A program made the translations under genes and the position numbers. Source: Candidatus Pedobacter colombiensis (GTDB lineage: Bacteria > Bacteroidota > Bacteroidia > Sphingobacteriales > Sphingobacteriaceae). Taken from it: a DNA stretch of 64,000 bases. Position 1 is the stretch's first letter. The number at the start of each line of letters is the position of its first letter. This document shows, piece after piece, positions 58,384-64,000 of the stretch. The stretch covers positions 4,931,012-4,995,011 of the forward strand of contig CP119313.1 in assembly GCA_029202485.1 (NCBI GenBank), given 5' to 3'. The notes below the pieces were generated by a model that worked only from the letters and a program-made list of their open reading frames with translations, ran no database searches and was not told the DNA's origin.

Positions 58384-58986
58384 ATGCGAATTACTAAAAA
58401 ACTATTTATTACAACGATTGCGCTATTTACAATTCAATTTGCTCAGGCGCAGTCCTTCACAATGGGAAGCCCGATAAGTTTTAAACTTAGCAACGGCATG
58501 ACCGTCATTGTTGCAGAGAACTCTGGCACTAATAAAATTTATTCGAGCTTTACTGTTAATGAAGAAACGGCTGATAAAAATCACAAAGCCGGAGCCCAAA
58601 ATATATTAAATGAGATGTTAAATGAAATTGCAAGTGATGCTGAAGCAGGTGTAAGTTTCGATGACAAAGGGGCCAATCTGGCTTCATTAGCTACAAATTT
58701 TGACAAAGCCTTATCTATAATGTCGACATCTATAAAAACACCTGCTTTAACCCAACCATCCTTTGATAAAGCGAAGCAAAATATAATTGATCATTTGAAG
58801 GCGCAGGATCATTACTACCCGGAAGCAGTTAATGAAATGGCCTTGCAACAATTAACACTGAAGGACGTACAATCCTTTTATACAAGAACCATTACTCCAT
58901 CAAAAGCCTACCTTACCATTGCCGGTAACATTACCGCTGCAACAGCAAAAATCCTGGCTAAAAAAGAATTCGGCACCTGGAAGTAA
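58384..58986 (+). CDS. Short secreted M16 (insulinase) peptidase-like protein, probably inactive
   Basis: Signal peptide; FKLSNGMTVIVAEN, LTLKDVQSFY and LTIAGNI motifs; no HXXEH; about 200 aa. Confidence 0.7.
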   Translation: MRITKKLFITTIALFTIQFAQAQSFTMGSPISFKLSNGMTVIVAENSGTNKIYSSFTVNEETADKNHKAGAQNILNEMLNEIASDAEAGVSFDDKGANLASLATNFDKALSIMSTSIKTPALTQPSFDKAKQNIIDHLKAQDHYYPEAVNEMALQQLTLKDVQSFYTRTITPSKAYLTIAGNITAATAKILAKKEFGTWK

Positions 58987-59003
58987 TACTTAAAGCTAAT
59001 TTC

Positions 59004-59624
59004 TCATTTCCGCGTCAGTTTGTATCTCAAATGTGTTGTTAAGTTTGATGGTATTACTTCTACAATTTGAATATCATATTTGTCTTTGTCAATGCCGTCA
59101 AACAATCGGATACCACTTCCTAAAAAAACAGGGGCAATGTGAATGAAAAATTCATCGACAAGCCCTGCATTGAGAAATTGTTGAATAGTATTCGCACCAC
59201 CTTGTATTCTTATGTCCTTTCCTTTGGCAGATTGTTTTGCTTTTTCTAATGCACTTTGTATTCCGTCATTGATGAAATAAAAAGTCGTTGTCCCCTTTTG
59301 AACCCAGGATTCCCGTTTTTCGTGTGTCAGAACATAAACGTCTGCTTTATATAAATCTTCTGCCCAATGGACTTCGCCTTCTTCAAACATTCGTTTTCCC
59401 ATAATGTAAGCGCCTGTTCTTGCGAACACTTCATCAATTAACTTACTGTCCGGACCGTATTCTTCACCACCTTCCATATTGATGTGTTTCCAAAATGCTT
59501 TTTGTTTAAACATCCAGCTATGGATTTTTGGTGAAACACCACCCATTGGGTTGTCTGGACTTCTGTTATCGCCTGCGAAAAAGCCATCAAGTGATATTCC
59601 GCTGTCAAAGATAATTTTGCTCAT
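59004..59624 (-). CDS. Dihydrofolate reductase-fold (RibD C-terminal) family protein
   Basis: ISLDGFFAG, IMGKRMF, GGANTIQQFL, LVDE and PVFLGSG motifs. Confidence 0.88.
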   Translation of the reverse strand: MSKIIFDSGISLDGFFAGDNRSPDNPMGGVSPKIHSWMFKQKAFWKHINMEGGEEYGPDSKLIDEVFARTGAYIMGKRMFEEGEVHWAEDLYKADVYVLTHEKRESWVQKGTTTFYFINDGIQSALEKAKQSAKGKDIRIQGGANTIQQFLNAGLVDEFFIHIAPVFLGSGIRLFDGIDKDKYDIQIVEVIPSNLTTHLRYKLTRK

Positions 59625-59721
59625 AATTTTTATTTATAGTCTGATCATATGAAGTTAGCGGCTTTACCTGGATAGAACAAATTGCCAAACCATTTGTTTA
59701 TGTGCTATTAAATTCATCTGG

Positions 59722-59765
59722 TATTGGACTGCTATTCGACTGCTATTGGACTGGTTTGGTACTGC
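59722..59765 (+). repeat. Four degenerate 11-bp tandem repeats
   Basis: TATTGGACTGC / TATTCGACTGC / TATTGGACTGG / TTTGGTACTGC. Confidence 0.8.
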
Positions 59766-59898
59766 TTTTAGCTGTTTGAGTTCAATTTTATAAAAGTCTT
59801 ATTTTAGCTTTTATAAAAAGCTATGTAAGCAGACAATGAGATTTTTTATTTAACTTTAAAGTAGCATCACATTTTAGAACACTCTTAATCAAATAATT

Positions 59899-60555
59899 AT
59901 GGGAAGAACAAAGTTTGGTCTTTTAGGCCCGTTTATAGGAAAAATAGGGCCATTAGTAGGTTACATCAGACGCGGACAGTTTGTAACACGGGCGCTTCCG
60001 CATCCCTCATCTAAACCCGCTACAGAAAAACAACTCATTTCCCGGAAACAGTTTGGTATGGCGATGCGCTTCGTGAAACCTATTAACGATTTTGTAAACT
60101 ACAGCTTTCATCCGGAAACAAAGGGCACAGCTAAAATACCGCAAAACGCCGCGACTTCCTACTTTAGAAAACTGGCAATACAAGGCGACTATCCCGATTA
60201 TTGGATTGATTTCTCTAAAGTAATTGTAAGTAAAGGTGATTTACCACTCCCTCTTAATCCATCGGTTGAATTGTCGGACAACAAGTTAACCTTTAAATGG
60301 GAGAAAGATCCACAAATCGGTTATCAAAGAAATGACGACCAGGTTTTGCTGCTGGCTTATTTCCCCGACACTAAACATGCAAATTTTACTGTTGGCGGAG
60401 CCAGAAGAACGGCTGAAATAGATGTTTTAGAGATTTATCCGTGTTTAATAAAAGGTAATCCTCAGGATACTGTTGTAGAAACTTATATTGCTTTTATTAG
60501 TAACGACAGACAACAGGTATCGGATAGCGTATATCTGGGTAGATTGAAGCTTTAA
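59899..60555 (+). CDS. DUF6266 family protein
   Basis: GLLGPFIGKIG..VG, TEKQL..R.QF, GDYPD..IDFSKV.VSKG.L and VETYIAF motifs. Confidence 0.82.
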   Translation: MGRTKFGLLGPFIGKIGPLVGYIRRGQFVTRALPHPSSKPATEKQLISRKQFGMAMRFVKPINDFVNYSFHPETKGTAKIPQNAATSYFRKLAIQGDYPDYWIDFSKVIVSKGDLPLPLNPSVELSDNKLTFKWEKDPQIGYQRNDDQVLLLAYFPDTKHANFTVGGARRTAEIDVLEIYPCLIKGNPQDTVVETYIAFISNDRQQVSDSVYLGRLKL

Positions 60556-60560
60556 AATAA

Positions 60561-60585
60561 AGCCCCTAGCTATTCACTAGAGGCT
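60561..60585 (-). terminator. Terminator for the tRNA-Ser transcript
   Basis: Minus strand AGCCTCTAG-N7-CTAGGGGCT followed by TTATTTT. Confidence 0.6.
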
Positions 60586-60604
60586 AAAACCTTTTAAAAG
60601 GTTG

Positions 60605-60692
60605 CGGAGGGTGAGAGATTCGAACTCTCGATACCCTTTTGGGGTATACACACTTTCCAGGCGTGCTCCTTCGACCACTCGGACAACCCTCC
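60605..60692 (-). tRNA. tRNA-Ser (anticodon GGA)
   Basis: Acceptor GGAGGGT/ACCCTCC, D-loop GAGTGG, anticodon arm CACGC-CTGGAAA-GTGTG, long variable arm and GTTCGAATC T-loop; discriminator G; CCA not encoded; -7 box TACTTTTG at 60706-60713. Confidence 0.97.
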
Positions 60693-60739
60693 GTTTTGCG
60701 GATTGCAAAAGTAAAAAAAAATTTGAATGCTAAGGAATA

Positions 60740-62170
60740 TTAATCGATAACAGAAACTTTTATCATATTCGTTTTACCTTTAGCTTCCATTGGTATAGCA
60801 GCTGTGTTGATGATAACATCACCCGCTTTAATCAACTTATTCGCTTTAAGTAAGTCATTTACATCCTGAATAGTTTCATCGGTGCTTTCAAATTTATCGT
60901 AATAAAAGCCTTGAACACCCCACAATAAACTCAAGCTATTTAGTAAGCTTCTGTTACTTGTAAAGATGTAAGTATGTGCTTTTGGCCTGTGGCTAGAGAT
61001 TTCAAATGCAGTATAACCACTCAATGTCATCGAAACGATACCTGCGGCATTAGTTTGTTTTGACAAGAAGCAAGCTGTATCACAAACCGCATCACTTAAA
61101 AAGCTCTCAGCTTTATGCTTCAAGAATTTCTCAGGGTGGAAAGGATAGTTATTCTGCTCAATATTTTGGATGATTTTCTGCATGGTTTCGATTACGATCA
61201 ATGGAAACTCACCTACAGAGGTCTCTCCACTTAGCATTACAGCATCAGCACCATCCAATACAGAGTTAGCCACGTCATTTACTTCAGCACGCGTTGGCCT
61301 AGGTGTGGTGATCATACTTTCCAGCATTTGTGTGGCAACAATTACAGGTTTAGAAGCCGCACGGCATTTTTGTACAATCATTTTTTGCAACAAAGGCACT
61401 TCTTCCATTGGCATTTCTACCCCCAGATCACCACGGGCAACCATAACACCGTCAGAAACTGCAATAATCTCATCGATGTTAGCAATTGCTTCCGGTTTCT
61501 CAATTTTAGCAATTACTCGGGCTGTTTTTCCTCTTGCTTTGATGATGTCTTTTAATTCTATAATATCCTCAGCGTTACGCACAAAGGAAAGTCCAATCCA
61601 TTCTACATCGTTTTCGAGAACAAATTCCAAATTACTGCGATCCTCAACGGTAAGAGAAGGAATAGAAACTTTAGTATTTGGCAAGTTCACTCCCTTTCTT
61701 GAAGTCAGAATTCCACCATGAACAACCTCACATAAAACCTCATCTTCAAGATTCGTTTCAACAACCCTCATTTGTAATTTACCGTCATCCAGTAAGATAA
61801 TTTCACCTGCTTTAACGTCTTTCGGGAAGCTTTCATAAGTGATATAAATGCGCTCCTCATTACCGACACATTCTTTAGTGGTAATGATCGTTGTATTTCC
61901 ATTAACCAACTGAATACCACCGTCTTTAACCATACCAATCCTGATCTTAGGACCCTGTAAATCAGCTAGTATACCAACATTATAGTTATGCTTTTTATTG
62001 ATTGAACGAATGGTGTCGAGAACCTCCTGGTGATCCGCCTGCGAACCATGAGAAAAGTTCAGGCGGCATACATCCAGTCCCGCGTTAAACATACTATATA
62101 AAACTTCTGGTTTAGCTGAGGCGGGGCCTAATGTGGCTACGATTTTTGTTCTTGAATGAAATGGTTTCAT
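60740..62170 (-). CDS. pyk: Pyruvate kinase
   Basis: TKIVATLGPAS, RLNFSHG, DLQGPKIR, MVARGDLGVE and MLSGET motifs. Confidence 0.98.
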   Translation of the reverse strand: MKPFHSRTKIVATLGPASAKPEVLYSMFNAGLDVCRLNFSHGSQADHQEVLDTIRSINKKHNYNVGILADLQGPKIRIGMVKDGGIQLVNGNTTIITTKECVGNEERIYITYESFPKDVKAGEIILLDDGKLQMRVVETNLEDEVLCEVVHGGILTSRKGVNLPNTKVSIPSLTVEDRSNLEFVLENDVEWIGLSFVRNAEDIIELKDIIKARGKTARVIAKIEKPEAIANIDEIIAVSDGVMVARGDLGVEMPMEEVPLLQKMIVQKCRAASKPVIVATQMLESMITTPRPTRAEVNDVANSVLDGADAVMLSGETSVGEFPLIVIETMQKIIQNIEQNNYPFHPEKFLKHKAESFLSDAVCDTACFLSKQTNAAGIVSMTLSGYTAFEISSHRPKAHTYIFTSNRSLLNSLSLLWGVQGFYYDKFESTDETIQDVNDLLKANKLIKAGDVIINTAAIPMEAKGKTNMIKVSVID

Positions 62171-62311
62171 TGAATTATTTAAATTTATTACAGACCAACA
62201 AAACGAGCGTTTATCAACACAGAAAACCGATGCCAGTCTGATTTATTAAAGTTATCTGTTTGGTTATGTAAATCCAAATATAGTGTATTTTGTACACCTC
62301 CAACATAAAAT

Positions 62312-62731
62312 TTACATTATCAAATTTTCCTTTGATTTCAACTTAGCAGGGTCAATCTGTGCAGCAACCTGAATATCAGGAAGTTTATTAATGCCCGTAA
62401 TGATATAATTCAGGTCTTCCTTGTCAATATATTGATGAATTATCATAAAAAAATCGACTTTATTCATCTCCGGAATTAAAAATCCTTCTGCATTTCGGTT
62501 GTTTACAATGTAATATTCGATCTCTCCCTGCTCCACAAAATAATAGTATTTGGAAAAAGCCAATGGAGATTCGTCAATATTGAAATAAACCTCATGATCG
62601 TCAATCTTTTCAAAGCCAAAATTTAATCGGGTATTTATTTTGTGACAAAGTACATAATCCTTCAAAGAGGCGGTAATGGCAATTAATACGAAGTCGAGAT
62701 CTAATGAAAGTTTTAAATAAGTTTTGTTCAA
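62312..62731 (-). CDS. IPExxxVDY family protein
   Basis: FLIPEMNKVDFF motif; TTG start; Bacteroidota gene typically found near acpP. Confidence 0.85.
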   Translation of the reverse strand: MNKTYLKLSLDLDFVLIAITASLKDYVLCHKINTRLNFGFEKIDDHEVYFNIDESPLAFSKYYYFVEQGEIEYYIVNNRNAEGFLIPEMNKVDFFMIIHQYIDKEDLNYIITGINKLPDIQVAAQIDPAKLKSKENLIM

Positions 62732-62889
62732 AACAGAATATTTTACGGGAATACGAAATTATAAAACTAATTTTACATTGATGTTCAAAATAAAAACATT
62801 AAAATTGGAAGAGAAATAAAAACATTTGAAATGTGTAAATATTTATTTTTCTTTGCACTGAATTATTTAACCATTAAATTATAAACATT

Positions 62890-63126
62890 ATGTCTGATAT
62901 TGCTTCAAGAGTTAAGGCTATTATCGTTGAAAAATTAGGTGTGGATGAAAACGAAGTTACACCAGAAGCTTCTTTCACTAACGACTTGGGTGCGGATTCT
63001 TTAGATACAGTAGAACTTATTATGGAGTTTGAAAAAGAATTCAATGTAGCAATTCCTGATGATCAGGCTGAGACCATTGGTACAGTTGGTCAAGCAATTG
63101 CTTACTTAGAGAAAAACGTTAAGTAA
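62890..63126 (+). CDS. acpP: Acyl carrier protein
   Basis: [11 protein letters not shown] phosphopantetheine motif. Confidence 0.98.
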   Translation: MSDIASRVKAIIVEKLGVDENEVTPEASFTNDLGADSLDTVELIMEFEKEFNVAIPDDQAETIGTVGQAIAYLEKNVK

Positions 63127-63154
63127 AAATACGGTTTCCGTATAATCCGTATAA

Positions 63155-64000
63155 ATGGAATTAAAAAGAGTAGTAGTTACAGGGTTAGGTGCGCTCACTC
63201 CAATAGGCAATACCATTCCAGAGTTCTGGGATGGTTTGGTTAATGGGGTGAGTGGTGCCGGCCCTATTACAAGTTTTGATACATCAAAGTTCAAGACAAA
63301 ATTTGCATGCGAGCTTAAAAACTTCAATCCTGAGGAGTTCATGGATAGAAAGGAAGCTCGCAAATTAGATCCATTTGTTCAATACGCAATAGTTTCTACA
63401 GATGAAGCTGTTAAAGATGGTAATTTCGATTTTTCACAGCTGGACACCAATCGTATTGGTGTAATTTGGGGTTCTGGTATTGGCGGATTTAAAACGTTTC
63501 AGGATGAAATGAAGAACTTCTTTTTAGGCGATGGTACGCCACGCATAAATCCGTTCTTTATTCCGAAAGTAATTATTGACATTGTTCCCGGCCATATTTC
63601 TATAAAATATGGGTTAAGGGGGCCAAATTTCGCTACCGTTTCTGCTTGTGCCTCAGCTACAAACGCTATGATTGACGCTTACAACTATATTCGTTTGGGT
63701 ATGTGTGACGTCGTGATCAGTGGCGGTTCTGAAGCCATTATTAATGAAGCCGGTATAGGCGGATTTAATGCAATGCATGCCCTTTCTACAAGAAATGATG
63801 ATCCATCAACAGCTTCGAGACCTTTTGACAGAGACCGTGATGGCTTTGTTGCGGGTGAAGGTGCCGGAACCATTATTTTGGAAGAGTTGGAACATGCTAA
63901 AAAACGTGGTGCTAAAATCTATGCTGAACTAGTTGGCGGAGGAATGAGCGCAGATGCAAACCATATTACTGCCCCACATCCGCAAGGATTAGGTGCCAGA
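63155..64000 (+). CDS. fabF: 3-oxoacyl-ACP synthase II; 5' part only, runs off the window
   Basis: Not in ORF track. Manual translation MELKRVVVTGLGALTPIG, with catalytic SACAS, RPFD..RDGFV.GEG and DANHITAP motifs. Confidence 0.95.
   Translation, partial: MELKRVVVTGLGALTPIGNTIPEFWDGLVNGVSGAGPITSFDTSKFKTKFACELKNFNPEEFMDRKEARKLDPFVQYAIVSTDEAVKDGNFDFSQLDTNRIGVIWGSGIGGFKTFQDEMKNFFLGDGTPRINPFFIPKVIIDIVPGHISIKYGLRGPNFATVSACASATNAMIDAYNYIRLGMCDVVISGGSEAIINEAGIGGFNAMHALSTRNDDPSTASRPFDRDRDGFVAGEGAGTIILEELEHAKKRGAKIYAELVGGGMSADANHITAPHPQGLGAR

Noticed and set aside
59722-59765. CRISPR array
   Set aside because: The units are 11 bp and contiguous with no spacers, and there are no cas genes. The same applies to the 49846-49905 repeat.

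Overview
Chromosomal window from a Bacteroidota bacterium, most consistent with Pedobacter/Sphingobacteriaceae (inferred from protein content, TAnnTTTG -7 promoter boxes, A-rich translation starts, a T9SS sorting domain, and DUF6266 and IPExxxVDY proteins). Most of it is housekeeping: pdhC/pdhA, prc, fumC, recG, ompA, meaB, rimP-nusA-infB, tex, pdhB, addAB, tcdA-tatD-GH3, glpKF, tRNA-Ser(GGA), pyk and acpP-fabF. Four accessory patches stand out. (1) An 11.5-kb mixed-orientation surface-glycan locus (20.0-31.5 kb) encodes an MsbA-like exporter, several glycosyltransferases including a GT10 fucosyltransferase, an acyltransferase, a T9SS-secreted SGNH esterase and a methyltransferase. (2) An ORF6N gene has an upstream palindrome. 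(3) An addA-adjacent hotspot holds a collapsed ECF sigma pseudogene and an AAA_14/DUF4143 ATPase whose promoter is overlapped by a nested double palindrome. (4) A tRNA-adjacent islet holds a DUF6266 gene preceded by an 11-bp tandem array. Other notable points: a 46-aa gene missed by the ORF track whose promoter is embedded in the ompA terminator, an AddB lacking two of the four Fe-S cysteines, and a loopless 26-bp palindrome upstream of the GH3 operon and porin. No CRISPR array, rRNA, integrase, transposase or prophage was recognised. All family calls come from motif recognition by eye, not from database searches.
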